From positions 1 to 64,000 of IMG/VR virus record IMGVR_UViG_3300047157_000105: a DNA stretch of 64,000 nucleotides; one strand, 5' to 3'. This stretch comes from a virus. This document shows, piece after piece, positions 40,248 to 50,348 of this stretch; position 1 is the stretch's first letter, and every line of letters begins with the position of its first letter. Position numbers and translations under genes: made by a program. The notes beneath the pieces are model-generated. The model searched no databases. It was given only the letters and a program-made list of their open reading frames with translations, and was not told the DNA's origin.

Positions 40248-41549
40248 ATGGAAATTAATAGACAAGTATTACAGGAAAAATGGGCTCCTGTACTTGAGTC
40301 TCAAGAAGCTGGCAAGATCGGTGATGCGCACAAGCGTGCCGTAACTGCTGTTGTTCTTGAGAACCAAGAAAAAGCGTTTCAAGAAGAGAAGCAGTTAAAT
40401 GAAACTGCTGCTAACGCTACTGGCTCAAACATTGATAATTGGGATCCTGTCCTAATTAGCTTGGTAAGACGTGCGACTCCTGCAATGTTAGCATTTGATC
40501 TAGTTGGCGTACAGCCAATGACTGGACCAACTGGCCTAATCTTTGCTATGAAGTCTAAGTACAGCACACAAGGTGGTACTGAAGCATTGTTCAACGAAGC
40601 TGACACTGGTTTTTCTGGTGCTGCTTCTGGCGATACTGGTGCTGCTGACGCTGGCAACAACGATCCGTTTTCTGGTGACGATCCTTCTTCAGGTGGTTCA
40701 GTAGGTACTGACTCTGACTCTGTTGCTGAGTATATGCCTGGTTCAGGTAACACTACAGCGGTTGCTGAAGCGCAAGGTAACTCTGGTGCTGCTATTCCTC
40801 AAATGGCGTTCTCAATCGATAAGACTACTGTGACTGCAAAGTCTCGTGCTCTTAAAGCTGAGTACACAACTGAGTTAGCGCAAGACCTTAAGGCTATCCA
40901 TGGTCTTTCTGCTGAAACTGAATTGGCAAACATTTTGTCAACTGAGATTCTTGCTGAAATGAATCGTGAAATCATCCGTTTAGTTAACATTGGTGCTAAA
41001 GTTTCTACTCGCGGTAACGCTGCTGGAACTTTCAATGCAACTAATGCTACTGACAACGGTGGTGCTAGATGGTCAATTGAGCGTTACAAAGCTCTAGTTC
41101 AAGCAATTGAGCACGAAGCTAACCAAATTGCTGTTGACACTCGTCGCGGTAAGGGTAACTGGGTACTAGTATCTAACAACGTTGCTGCAGCTCTAAATGC
41201 TGCTGGCGTTATGGACACTGGTATGGGTGCGTTAGGTGCACAGCAAATGGATTCAGATGTAACTGGATCTCTACTTGCTGGTACTTTAAATGGTAACATT
41301 AAAGTGTATGTTGATCCATACGCTGGTGTAGACTATTTCAACGTTGGTTATAAGGGTACTAACCCATATGACGCTGGAATGTTCTATTGCCCATATGTTC
41401 CATTAAGCATGATGAAGACAATCGGTGAGAATGATTTCCAACCGAAAATCGGATTCAAAACTCGTTACGGTATTGCTGACAATCCTTTTGTCACTGCAGG
41501 AAATAACAACAACGTATACTACAGAAAACGTAAGGTCACTGGCCTATAA
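40248..41549 (+). CDS. gp23: major capsid protein
   Basis: EKWAPVL, DPVLISLVRR, GVQPMTGPTGLIFAM, SRALKAEY..ELAQDLKAIHG, QPKIGFKTRYG. Confidence 0.98.
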   Translation: MEINRQVLQEKWAPVLESQEAGKIGDAHKRAVTAVVLENQEKAFQEEKQLNETAANATGSNIDNWDPVLISLVRRATPAMLAFDLVGVQPMTGPTGLIFAMKSKYSTQGGTEALFNEADTGFSGAASGDTGAADAGNNDPFSGDDPSSGGSVGTDSDSVAEYMPGSGNTTAVAEAQGNSGAAIPQMAFSIDKTTVTAKSRALKAEYTTELAQDLKAIHGLSAETELANILSTEILAEMNREIIRLVNIGAKVSTRGNAAGTFNATNATDNGGARWSIERYKALVQAIEHEANQIAVDTRRGKGNWVLVSNNVAAALNAAGVMDTGMGALGAQQMDSDVTGSLLAGTLNGNIKVYVDPYAGVDYFNVGYKGTNPYDAGMFYCPYVPLSMMKTIGENDFQPKIGFKTRYGIADNPFVTAGNNNNVYYRKRKVTGL

Positions 41550-41568
41550 TTTTCTAAATATACACAGT

Positions 41569-41599
41569 GAAATCCCCCTTAATTGGGGGATTTTTCTTT
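41569..41599 (+). terminator. intrinsic terminator after gp23
   Basis: GAAATCCCCC-TTAATT-GGGGGATTTT then TCTTT. Confidence 0.85.
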
Positions 41600-41611
41600 A
41601 TAAATAACATT

Positions 41612-42073
41612 ATGCCAAGCACTAATTTTTTAAATCCATCATCGTTTGTAATGTCTTTAGACAGCCAGACATATTCTGGGGTAGAATTCACTGTGCAATC
41701 TGCTTCAATACCTGATGTCTCATCTGAAGGAGCAATATTATCATTTAAATCTGTTAATACTGCAATGGCAGCAGATAAGATTACATATAGCCCCCTTGAA
41801 TTATCTTTTTTAATTGATGAAGATCTTTTAAATTATAAAGAAATATATGATTGGATTAAATCTAATGTAGAAACTGATCAACCAGTTACTAATCATGTGC
41901 GTGACTTAACGCTAACAATTATGAATTCATCAAATAACGTAGCAAAACAAATACGTTTTATTGATGCTCAACCAATAAACCTCTCATCCTTACCATTTGA
42001 AATTACTACAGTAGATGCAGAATATCTAACTGCTGTCGTATCATTCCAATATTCTTATTACGAATTCGTATAA
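41612..42073 (+). CDS. gp3: tail tube terminator
   Basis: NFLNP..F, F..Q...IP, FLIDEDL.NY.EIY.W, F.DA.P..LS; TATAAATA at 41599 just upstream. Confidence 0.85.
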   Translation: MPSTNFLNPSSFVMSLDSQTYSGVEFTVQSASIPDVSSEGAILSFKSVNTAMAADKITYSPLELSFLIDEDLLNYKEIYDWIKSNVETDQPVTNHVRDLTLTIMNSSNNVAKQIRFIDAQPINLSSLPFEITTVDAEYLTAVVSFQYSYYEFV

Positions 42074-42078
42074 CACCT

Positions 42079-42107
42079 ATGTACATTGGGTAAAAATATG
42101 ATATAAT
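42079..42107 (+). promoter_or_regulatory. early/middle-type promoter ATGTAC-N17-TATAAT
   Basis: One of 11 copies of the motif. Confidence 0.75.
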
Positions 42108-42136
42108 ATAATCATTATAAGTATAACTAGATTATT

Positions 42137-42583
42137 ATGAATATTGAACAAGTACTAGAAATGTGGAAGGAAGATTCCATAATAGATGATTTAAAATTAG
42201 ATGACACTACTATTAAGATGGCACGTGTACATAGTAAGTATCTTGAATTAATTACTATTTCAAAGATGCGTAGAAAGAAAAAAGATCTTGACTATAAAAC
42301 ATTGCTTAAAGATAAGTGGTTATATTATAATGGTAAACTATCTAAAGATCAGATAGATGCATTCAATTGGGAATACGATCCATTTGGTGGTCTGAATAAA
42401 CCACTGAAAGGTGACATGAATTATTATTATGATGCAGATACTGATATCCAAAAAGCTCAAGCAGCACTTGAATATGATAAGGTTCTCATTGAAACCTTAG
42501 AAGAAATTATGTCTACCATACGTTGGAGACATCAGAATATTGGTAACATAATTAAATGGAGAAGTTTTGAAGCAGGAGTTTAG
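42137..42583 (+). CDS. uvsY: recombination mediator
   Basis: MW..DS.ID, HSKYL, YY.GK, R...I.N.I.WR.F.AG. Confidence 0.9.
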   Translation: MNIEQVLEMWKEDSIIDDLKLDDTTIKMARVHSKYLELITISKMRRKKKDLDYKTLLKDKWLYYNGKLSKDQIDAFNWEYDPFGGLNKPLKGDMNYYYDADTDIQKAQAALEYDKVLIETLEEIMSTIRWRHQNIGNIIKWRSFEAGV

Positions 42584-42794
42584 TCGCAAGACACTTGAGT
42601 TATTACTCGTACACTATAACAATATAAACAAAGACTTAAAGCCATGTGCTGAAAAGGCTAAGTTTGAGAAGTTAATTAAAGAGACTGAAGAGAAATTAAA
42701 GTCTGCACCATTAGATAGAGTTTATCCAGATGGAATGACTGCTATGGAATTTGCATTACACTTAGCACATGGAAGAAATAACAGTACAGACTAA
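42567..42794 (+). CDS. hypothetical protein
   Basis: 75 aa ORF overlapping both neighbours. Confidence 0.5.
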   Translation: MKQEFSRKTLELLLVHYNNINKDLKPCAEKAKFEKLIKETEEKLKSAPLDRVYPDGMTAMEFALHLAHGRNNSTD

Positions 42795-44265
42795 AGATAA
42801 TGCCTTTATCTATGTAGATTGTGACGATAAAGGAATCATACAAGAACTAGCAGAGTATTTTACATTCTTTGTTCCTGGTTATAAATTCATGCCACAATTT
42901 AGAAATAAGATGTGGGATGGTAAGGTAAGACTACTTAATCTCAGAGACCAGTCTATATACGCTGGTCTATACAAATATATTGCAGCATTCGCTGCAGAAA
43001 GAAATATAAAACTTACAGTTATACCAAGTGCAAAGCTTGGTTATAATCTACCTAATGTCTATGTTGATGTTGACATGTCTTTTATAGATGAATATGTATT
43101 ACCATTTCCACCAAGAGATTATCAATTAGCCGCGGTCAAGCATGCACTCGAGAATAGAAAAGCGTTAATGGTATCTCCTACAGCCTCAGGTAAATCATAT
43201 ATTATATACCTTATGATGAGATATTTCTTAGATATGAGTTATGATTTAGAGGCTGATAAAGTATTATTGATTGTGCCTACTACATCACTTGTTAAACAAA
43301 TGGTGGGAGACTTTGCGAAGTACTCAGAGAATGATCCTAACTTTGATGTAAATGAATGCCATGAGATTATGGCAGGTTTAGATAAAGGTCATAAGACAAA
43401 AAGAATATATGTGTCTACATGGCAATCAATATACAAAATGCAGAAAGGTTATTTCCAGCAGTTTGGCATGGTAATTGGTGACGAGGCTCATGGATTTAAA
43501 GCTAAATCACTTACGAGTATTCTTACTAAATGCACAGAAGCTGGATATCGATATGGCTTAACAGGTACATTAGATGGTACACAAACACATAAGCTTGTCC
43601 TCGAAGGTTTATTTGGACCACATAAGAATATCACAACAAGTAAAGAATTAATTGATCGTGGTGATCTTGCCAATATAAAGATTGATATATTATTGCTCAA
43701 GCATCCTGAGGAACATTGTAAATTAGTGAATGGTATGAAATACCAAGATGAAGTAGATTGGATTGTTACATCATCTAAACGAAATAACTTTATAAAGAAT
43801 TTAGCTATCGATCTAAAAGGTAATACATTAGTATTATTCCAATATGTTGAGAAGCATGGTGAACCACTGTTTAGATTAATAGATGGTGCAACAGATGATA
43901 AGCGCAAAGTGTTTTATGTAAGCGGTAAGACACCTGCAGATACGCGCGAAGAAATTAGAGCTATCACAGAGACAGAGTCTAATGCTATATTAGTGTGTTC
44001 ATATGGCACATTCTCTACAGGAATAAATATAGTTAACTTACATAATATTATATTTGCATCACCGAGTAAGAGTCAAATACGAGTATTGCAAAGTATTGGT
44101 AGAGGATTAAGAAAGAGTACATTAGATACCACAGTTTATGACATTGCAGATGACTTACATTGGAAAGCAAATAAGAATTATACCTTAAATCATAGTGGTG
44201 AGAGGGTTAAAATATACAGTAAAGAAAGGTTCAAATTCAAGATACATGAGGTTAAATTATTATAA
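42769..44265 (+). CDS. uvsW: SF2 helicase
   Basis: PRDYQ, SPTASGKS, GDEAH, GLTGT, QSIGRGLRK. Confidence 0.96.
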   Translation: MEEITVQTKDNAFIYVDCDDKGIIQELAEYFTFFVPGYKFMPQFRNKMWDGKVRLLNLRDQSIYAGLYKYIAAFAAERNIKLTVIPSAKLGYNLPNVYVDVDMSFIDEYVLPFPPRDYQLAAVKHALENRKALMVSPTASGKSYIIYLMMRYFLDMSYDLEADKVLLIVPTTSLVKQMVGDFAKYSENDPNFDVNECHEIMAGLDKGHKTKRIYVSTWQSIYKMQKGYFQQFGMVIGDEAHGFKAKSLTSILTKCTEAGYRYGLTGTLDGTQTHKLVLEGLFGPHKNITTSKELIDRGDLANIKIDILLLKHPEEHCKLVNGMKYQDEVDWIVTSSKRNNFIKNLAIDLKGNTLVLFQYVEKHGEPLFRLIDGATDDKRKVFYVSGKTPADTREEIRAITETESNAILVCSYGTFSTGINIVNLHNIIFASPSKSQIRVLQSIGRGLRKSTLDTTVYDIADDLHWKANKNYTLNHSGERVKIYSKERFKFKIHEVKLL

Positions 44266-44273
44266 ATATATAC

Positions 44274-44639
44274 ATGGATAAAGACTTCCCAGATCACATA
44301 TCAGATTTACCTGTCAAACTATTCAAATTAGTATCAGGTGAACAAATTATTGCATACACTCATAACCTAGATGACGAATCTAATGGTGCACTCATTGGTA
44401 TAGAAGAACCGATGAAAGTATCAGTAGAAGAAGACCATCATTATGTTATGACACCATGGCTACCATTCTCTAGTCAGACATTACATGTCATAGAGGATTT
44501 TAATATTATGATTACTACAGATGTTACCGATGATGTGAAGGCACATTATATGAAGATTATATTGGATGAGATACAAACAGATAAACAGTTAATGGAAGAG
44601 CAAGTAAAGATGCTTAAAGGAAACGCCACCACCCATTAA
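44274..44639 (+). CDS. Sm-like conserved T4-like phage protein
   Basis: KLVSGEQII...P....PWLPFS; TATAAATA at 44261. Confidence 0.65.
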   Translation: MDKDFPDHISDLPVKLFKLVSGEQIIAYTHNLDDESNGALIGIEEPMKVSVEEDHHYVMTPWLPFSSQTLHVIEDFNIMITTDVTDDVKAHYMKIILDEIQTDKQLMEEQVKMLKGNATTH

Positions 44640-44670
44640 TACTGTCTCCCCCCGCAGAGAGTACTCTCTT

Positions 44671-44703
44671 ATTATACCATATAAATAGGGTAAAGTACAT
44701 ACT
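44671..44703 (-). promoter_or_regulatory. antisense early-type promoter (with an overlapping + strand TATAAATA at 44680)
   Basis: Minus strand reads AGTATGTAC-N18-TATAAT with TGG just before the -10. Confidence 0.65.
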
Positions 44704-44721
44704 TTTTGCAAAATAAATATT

Positions 44722-45540
44722 ATGAAATATAAAGATTATTTTCTTATAGCTTGGATAGATATTACAACATATTGTAATGCAGCTTGTCCTCAATGTCATA
44801 GAACAAACCCCGATAATTTAAATAAGGTTGATTGGTTACCATTAGTTCAATGGTCGCTTAAAGATTTTATGATATCATTTACCACTGAAGATATGATAAA
44901 AATTGATAAATTTGAATTATGTGGAACATGGGGTGATCCTATTATGAATAAAGACGTAAAAGAAATTATTGAATATATTATAGAGAATAGTAATTGTAAT
45001 ATTCAAATAAATACAAATGGCGGTGTTCGCGATGAAGATTGGTGGTGGGATTTAGGAGTTATTGGTAGAGAAAGATTAGAAGTCTATTTTGATATTGAAG
45101 GAATAACTCCAGAAATGCATTCTAAATATAGACAAAAAGTTGATTTAGAAAAACTTAAAGAAAATATACATGCGTATGTGGGTACAGGCGCTACAGCGAA
45201 TGCCCATGTAATTGCTTTTAAACATAACGAAGATTATTTATATGATATTGTTAATATGATTGATAATGAATTAGGAATTAAAGGTGATATTATTATTCAA
45301 ACTTCTAATAGGTGGGATGAATATCATAAAAAAATGACGTATACTTATAAAGGTAAAGAAATAACAATTGAAGAAGTAACAAATAAAAATCATCCATTAC
45401 TTCAAGATATTGCTCCAATACGCGATAGAATTAATAGAAACGATTTTAATCTTCCAATAAATACTAAACTAAATCAATATACTAAAAGAACTGATCGTTT
45501 AACTAATGATGGTGTTATAACAGTTTTAGTAAAAAAATAA
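44722..45540 (+). CDS. radical SAM protein
   Basis: CNAACPQC (CxxxCxxC), CGTWGDP, NTNGG. Confidence 0.88.
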   Translation: MKYKDYFLIAWIDITTYCNAACPQCHRTNPDNLNKVDWLPLVQWSLKDFMISFTTEDMIKIDKFELCGTWGDPIMNKDVKEIIEYIIENSNCNIQINTNGGVRDEDWWWDLGVIGRERLEVYFDIEGITPEMHSKYRQKVDLEKLKENIHAYVGTGATANAHVIAFKHNEDYLYDIVNMIDNELGIKGDIIIQTSNRWDEYHKKMTYTYKGKEITIEEVTNKNHPLLQDIAPIRDRINRNDFNLPINTKLNQYTKRTDRLTNDGVITVLVKK

Positions 45541-45923
45541 TGGAAAAATCAAATAAAAATAATATTATTTGTAGATGGATTGAAGATGATAAATTTCTTG
45601 TAAATCCAGATAAACAAGTTTGGCCGTGCTGTTATTTAGCAAACGGCGGTTATAAATGGAGAGTGACTGAATTACATAATGACCCAGAGATTCTTAATAG
45701 AGGTGTAGATGATATTACAAATCCTATAATGCAAAAATATTATGAATATGAAGATGAATTAAATCTTATGAATAATTCTCTAGATAATATTTTAAATCAC
45801 AAATGGTTTACAGAAATATTACCAGAATCATGGAATACAGATAATCCACACAGACTTTGTAAATTAGTATGTTCAAGAGATTTAGATGAATCAATAATTC
45901 CTTTAGATAATGATACCCTGTAA
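45540..45923 (+). CDS. SPASM/twitch-like Fe-S domain
   Basis: C...VNPD.QVWPCC ... CKLVC. Confidence 0.65.
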   Translation: MEKSNKNNIICRWIEDDKFLVNPDKQVWPCCYLANGGYKWRVTELHNDPEILNRGVDDITNPIMQKYYEYEDELNLMNNSLDNILNHKWFTEILPESWNTDNPHRLCKLVCSRDLDESIIPLDNDTL

Positions 45924-46914
45924 AGCTCCATTTAATAATATGTATTTTAATGTTCGTGGAAGAGTTTCCCCTTGTTGGAAGCTTCCTGGATATTGTGATA
46001 ATTGGTCACAAGATAGATCTATAAAAGATATCTGGTTTGGTGATAAATTCCAAATGTATAGAGATGCATTAGAAAAAAATATATTCTTAAATCGTTGTAA
46101 AGAATGTGAAAAGAATATTAATGAAGGTGTTTGGCCGCTAGCTAAAGCTTATGAAGATTTTCCTATGAATCAATATCCAAGTATGATGGAGCTTGAATTA
46201 AGTAATCAATGTAATCTTGAATGTATAATGTGTAATGGTGATTTAAGTAGTGGTATACGTAAGAATCGTGAAAACCTTCCACCTTTACCTATGATTTATG
46301 ATGACTTATTTAGAGAACAACTACATGAATTTATTCCACACTTAGTTGAATTAAGATTTAATGGTGGTGAACCATTTGCTCAAAAAAGTGTATTAGATAT
46401 ATGCGATGATGTTGCCCGTATTAATCCATCACTAAAAATTAATGTGGCAACTAATGGTACAGTAATTAATAAAAGAGTTAGGCATATTATGGAAAATAAT
46501 AATTTACATCTTAATATTTCTATCGATAGTTTAATTCCTGAGAGATATGAAGAGATTCGTATTAATGGTAAGTTCAATAAACTAATCAAAAATACTGAAA
46601 TATTTGCAGAGTATTGTACTAAAAATAATCGCGAATTAGCAATTATGGTTAATCCTATGAGAAATAATTGGGATGAGATGGATAACTATGTAAAGTTTAC
46701 TGAAAAACTGAATGCAAATTTGTGGTTTAATACCATACTTTATCCTAAACATTTAGCAATTTGGAATTTACCATCTGATGAATTAAATAAAATTTATTAT
46801 AGAATGAAAGTTCAATTAAATAAACTTGATAAATCACTAAATAATTATCATATATTAGAACATTTAATAGAGAAACAAATTAAAAATTGGCTATTAGATA
46901 GCTATATTATTTAG
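45910..46914 (+). CDS. radical SAM protein with N-terminal twitch/SPASM domain
   Basis: CKAPF...G.VSPC...CKEC then CNLECIMC, GGEPF, TNGT, SIDS. Confidence 0.88.
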   Translation: MIPCKAPFNNMYFNVRGRVSPCWKLPGYCDNWSQDRSIKDIWFGDKFQMYRDALEKNIFLNRCKECEKNINEGVWPLAKAYEDFPMNQYPSMMELELSNQCNLECIMCNGDLSSGIRKNRENLPPLPMIYDDLFREQLHEFIPHLVELRFNGGEPFAQKSVLDICDDVARINPSLKINVATNGTVINKRVRHIMENNNLHLNISIDSLIPERYEEIRINGKFNKLIKNTEIFAEYCTKNNRELAIMVNPMRNNWDEMDNYVKFTEKLNANLWFNTILYPKHLAIWNLPSDELNKIYYRMKVQLNKLDKSLNNYHILEHLIEKQIKNWLLDSYII

Positions 46915-46921
46915 AATAAGT

Positions 46922-46950
46922 ATGTACAATCGCGCGAAATATGTTATAAT
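46922..46950 (+). promoter_or_regulatory. early/middle-type promoter
   Basis: ATGTAC-N17-TATAAT with TG extension. Confidence 0.75.
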
Positions 46951-46980
46951 GGTAATACATTTGAACTAATAGGAAATATT

Positions 46981-47562
46981 ATGCCTGAAAAAATTAAACC
47001 TCGTGATAAACCCCATTACGTAAACAATAGAGACTTCTCATATGCAGTTGTTGAATATGTTGAGAAAGCAAATGCGGCAAAAGAAAGTGGAGAGAAGAAT
47101 CCAGTTGTACCTGATTATATCGCAATATGTTTTATGAAGATCTGCGAAGGATTATCTCATAAGCCAAACTTTGTAAGATATACATATCGAGATGAGATGG
47201 TCATGGATGGAGTTGAGAATTGTTTAAAAGCAATATACAACTATAGAATAGATGCAAGCACAAGAACTGGTAAGCCTAATGCATTCTCATATTTTACACA
47301 GATAGCTTACTTTGCTTTTATACGTAGAATTGTAAAAGAAAAGAAACAAGCTGATATCAAATTTAAATTCATGGAGCAAGCAAACATTGAAGAGTTTGTA
47401 TCTGCTATTGATATGAACAGTCCAATCGATCAAACATTCCTTGATACACTTCGTGAAAAGATTTCAAAGATTCAAGAGATTGATAAGCAAGTAAAAGACT
47501 TTGCAAAGGAAGAGAAGGAAAAGAAAAAGAAAGGATTAGAATTACACATGGCTTATGCATAA
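46981..47562 (+). CDS. gp55: late sigma factor
   Basis: HYVNN, LSHKPNF..YTYR.EM..DG.ENC, NAFSYFTQI.YFAF.RRI.KEKKQ. Confidence 0.96.
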   Translation: MPEKIKPRDKPHYVNNRDFSYAVVEYVEKANAAKESGEKNPVVPDYIAICFMKICEGLSHKPNFVRYTYRDEMVMDGVENCLKAIYNYRIDASTRTGKPNAFSYFTQIAYFAFIRRIVKEKKQADIKFKFMEQANIEEFVSAIDMNSPIDQTFLDTLREKISKIQEIDKQVKDFAKEEKEKKKKGLELHMAYA

Positions 47563-48490
47563 AATATATATTACTGGTATCGCTGGTTTTATTGGGTTTC
47601 ATTTAGCAAAAAAATTAGCTGAGGAAGGCTATGAAGTTGCAGGCTTAGATAACTTTAATGGCTATTATGATACACAATTAAAGTATGATAGATCATCAAT
47701 ATTGCATACACAATATGGTATTATTACAGATGCACATAGTTTAGATACTCAATATTGTGGTGCATTAAATTTATTAAAAGAACCAGTTGTACATGATTAT
47801 GATGCAGTTATTCATTTGGCTGCATATGCTGGTGTCCGACACTCACTAGAGAATCCCCAAACCTATATTGATAATAATATAACAGGTACACAAAAATTAA
47901 TTACAACATGTGAAGAACATGGAATACCTGTTATATATGCATCATCATCTTGTGTAGATTCTGATCATCTTAATCCTTATGCTTGGTCTAAATATGTGAA
48001 TGAAAAACAATTTGAGACATCTAAATTACTTTCAAGCGGCTTGAGGTTTTATACGGTTTACGGAGAGTATGGTAGACCTGATATGGCTTTACATACATTC
48101 GCAGATCTTATGTCTCAAGGTAAAGCAATAGACATCTATAACCATGGTGATATGCAACGTGACTTTACTTATATCGGTGATTTAGTTGATGGCATTGAAA
48201 TTATATTAGAGTATATGCTCAATCAGCCTCAAGAGAATCAACATGAAATCTATAATCTTGGTACAGGTAAATCAAATGAGCTTATGGATTATATAGAATG
48301 TTTAGAGAATGAATTAGGAAGAGTGGCATTAAAAAACTATTTGCCTATGCATCCTGCCGATGTTAAATCTACACAAGCAAATATAGGTAAGGCTCAATCA
48401 TTAGGATATAACCCAAAGGTGTCAATCCAAGAAGGAATTAAACACTTTGCAGACTGGTTTAAAGATTACCACAAAGGTATGTACTTTTAA
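47555..48490 (+). CDS. NAD-dependent epimerase (UDP-glucuronate 4-epimerase-like)
   Basis: TGIAGFIG, HLAAYAGVRHS, YAWSK, RFYTVYG..GRPDMA, RDFTY. Confidence 0.88.
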   Translation: MHKIYITGIAGFIGFHLAKKLAEEGYEVAGLDNFNGYYDTQLKYDRSSILHTQYGIITDAHSLDTQYCGALNLLKEPVVHDYDAVIHLAAYAGVRHSLENPQTYIDNNITGTQKLITTCEEHGIPVIYASSSCVDSDHLNPYAWSKYVNEKQFETSKLLSSGLRFYTVYGEYGRPDMALHTFADLMSQGKAIDIYNHGDMQRDFTYIGDLVDGIEIILEYMLNQPQENQHEIYNLGTGKSNELMDYIECLENELGRVALKNYLPMHPADVKSTQANIGKAQSLGYNPKVSIQEGIKHFADWFKDYHKGMYF

Positions 48491-48507
48491 ACAATTTGTG
48501 TTATAAT
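48479..48507 (+). promoter_or_regulatory. early/middle-type promoter
   Basis: ATGTAC-N17-TATAAT. Confidence 0.75.
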
Positions 48508-48514
48508 ATACAGA

Positions 48515-49306
48515 ATGGAACGACGATTATTAATAATAGGATATGGCGTAGTAGGCAGAGCTGTATTCACAGGTTTAATTAGAGATAAAAATAATACTAT
48601 AGATGTATTAGATAGACCTGCTGGTTATGACTTACCTGATTTAAAATATTCAGATTATGATGGTGTTATATTATGTTTACCTACACCCGAAGGGCCAATG
48701 GGTGAATGTGATGACATGATGGTAGAGCAGTATCATAGAGATATTAGATCTGAATTGCCATGGATACCTATTCTTATTAAGTCAACTATATCACTTGAAT
48801 TAATTAAATTACTTGAAGACGATATGGCTCTTACATATAATCCAGAATTTTTAAGAGAGGATGGCGGAGATGAACAATTTATAAAACAAGACTTTGCAAT
48901 ATTTGGTGGTAGCAATTCACGATTTTGGTATTATGTATATGTTAATGCTGATATAACAATGAGCAAAGTAAGATTTACATCTTTAATTAATGCAGGATAT
49001 GCTAAGTATGCAATCAATACATTCCTTGCCACAAAGGTTGTATTCTTTAATGAATTAAGAAATATGTATTCTGATGAGAGATTTGATGAGTTAACAGATC
49101 TTATATCACTTGATGAAAGAATAGGCAATAGCCATATGATGGTTCCTGGGCCTGATCAAAAATACGGATTTGGTGGTAAGTGTTTTCCAAAAGATACAAG
49201 TGCATTTGCAGTATCTGCAAGAAGTATTGGATCACCATTAAAGCTTTTAGAAAAAGCTATAGATATAAACAAGGAGTTAAGAGATGAAAATAGCTTTATT
49301 AAATGA
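48515..49306 (+). CDS. UDP-glucose/GDP-mannose dehydrogenase-like (short form)
   Basis: GYGVVG, LPTP, KST, NPEFLRE, KY..N.FLA.K, GFGGKCFPKD. Confidence 0.85.
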   Translation: MERRLLIIGYGVVGRAVFTGLIRDKNNTIDVLDRPAGYDLPDLKYSDYDGVILCLPTPEGPMGECDDMMVEQYHRDIRSELPWIPILIKSTISLELIKLLEDDMALTYNPEFLREDGGDEQFIKQDFAIFGGSNSRFWYYVYVNADITMSKVRFTSLINAGYAKYAINTFLATKVVFFNELRNMYSDERFDELTDLISLDERIGNSHMMVPGPDQKYGFGGKCFPKDTSAFAVSARSIGSPLKLLEKAIDINKELRDENSFIK

Positions 49307-50348
49307 TACACATTGCGGTGTAAGAAATAGTTCAGAGATATTCATAGACTTCCAAGAGAGATTCTATGAGCAAGTATTCTTTCCATATTGTAAAGATAAT
49401 GATATAAAACATATCATACATCTCGGTGATTATTATGACCATAGGAAATTCGTAAACTTTAAGGCATTAAATGCTAATCGTAGACATTTCCTTGAGCCTA
49501 TGAAACAGAATGGTATGACCATGGATATTATTCCAGGTAACCATGATGTATTCCATAAGAACACAAATGATCTATGTTCTCTTAAAGAACTATTAGGTTA
49601 TTATACAAGCAATATTAATATTGTTATGAAACCATCAACGTTAAACTATGATGGGTGTGATGTACATTTAGTGCCATGGATTAACTCAGAGAATTGGGAT
49701 TCATCAATGAACTTCTTGGCAAGTAACAAAGGTATTATGATGGGTCATTTAGAGTTGCAAGGCTTTGAAATGATGAGAGGTATTAAACAACCTATGGGTC
49801 ATGGTATGGGTGTAGAACCTTTTGCACACTTTGACTTATGTTTATCAGGTCATTATCATGCAAGTTCACAACAAGGCAATATCAGATACCTAGGATGCCA
49901 AATGGAATTTACATGGGCAGATGCTGGTGATCAGAAATACTTCCATGTATTCGATACAGACACAAAAACAATAGAGGCAATACCTAATCCGCTCACGTTA
50001 TTTGAGAAAATATATTATGATGATACAGATACAGATTACACAAATTATGATATAAATACACTTACAGGCAAATTTGTTAAAGTAATTGTTGGGAATAAGT
50101 CTAACCCATTCATGTTTGACAAATTTATTGAACGGATATCAGAGCTAGATACACACGATTTAAAGATAGCTGAAAATTTCTCTGAGTTCTTAGGTGAGAA
50201 TGTTCTTACCAATATAGAAGATGTAGAAAATACAACAGACTTAATGGCAAGTTATATTGATGGTGTGAATACAGATCTTGACAAAGAGAAGCTCAAGACT
50301 CTGATGAACAGTCTCTATAATGATGCCATAGATATGGAGATACAATAA
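49284..50348 (+). CDS. gp47: recombination endonuclease subunit (SbcD-like)
   Basis: DTH.G, HLGD..D.RK, GNHD, GHLE, SGHYH. Confidence 0.95.
   Translation: MKIALLNDTHCGVRNSSEIFIDFQERFYEQVFFPYCKDNDIKHIIHLGDYYDHRKFVNFKALNANRRHFLEPMKQNGMTMDIIPGNHDVFHKNTNDLCSLKELLGYYTSNINIVMKPSTLNYDGCDVHLVPWINSENWDSSMNFLASNKGIMMGHLELQGFEMMRGIKQPMGHGMGVEPFAHFDLCLSGHYHASSQQGNIRYLGCQMEFTWADAGDQKYFHVFDTDTKTIEAIPNPLTLFEKIYYDDTDTDYTNYDINTLTGKFVKVIVGNKSNPFMFDKFIERISELDTHDLKIAENFSEFLGENVLTNIEDVENTTDLMASYIDGVNTDLDKEKLKTLMNSLYNDAIDMEIQ

Noticed and set aside
39093-41299. Long minus-strand ORFs opposite gp22/gp23, and similar shadow ORFs elsewhere
   Set aside because: Antisense shadows of strongly biased coding sequence; no RBS, promoter or motifs.
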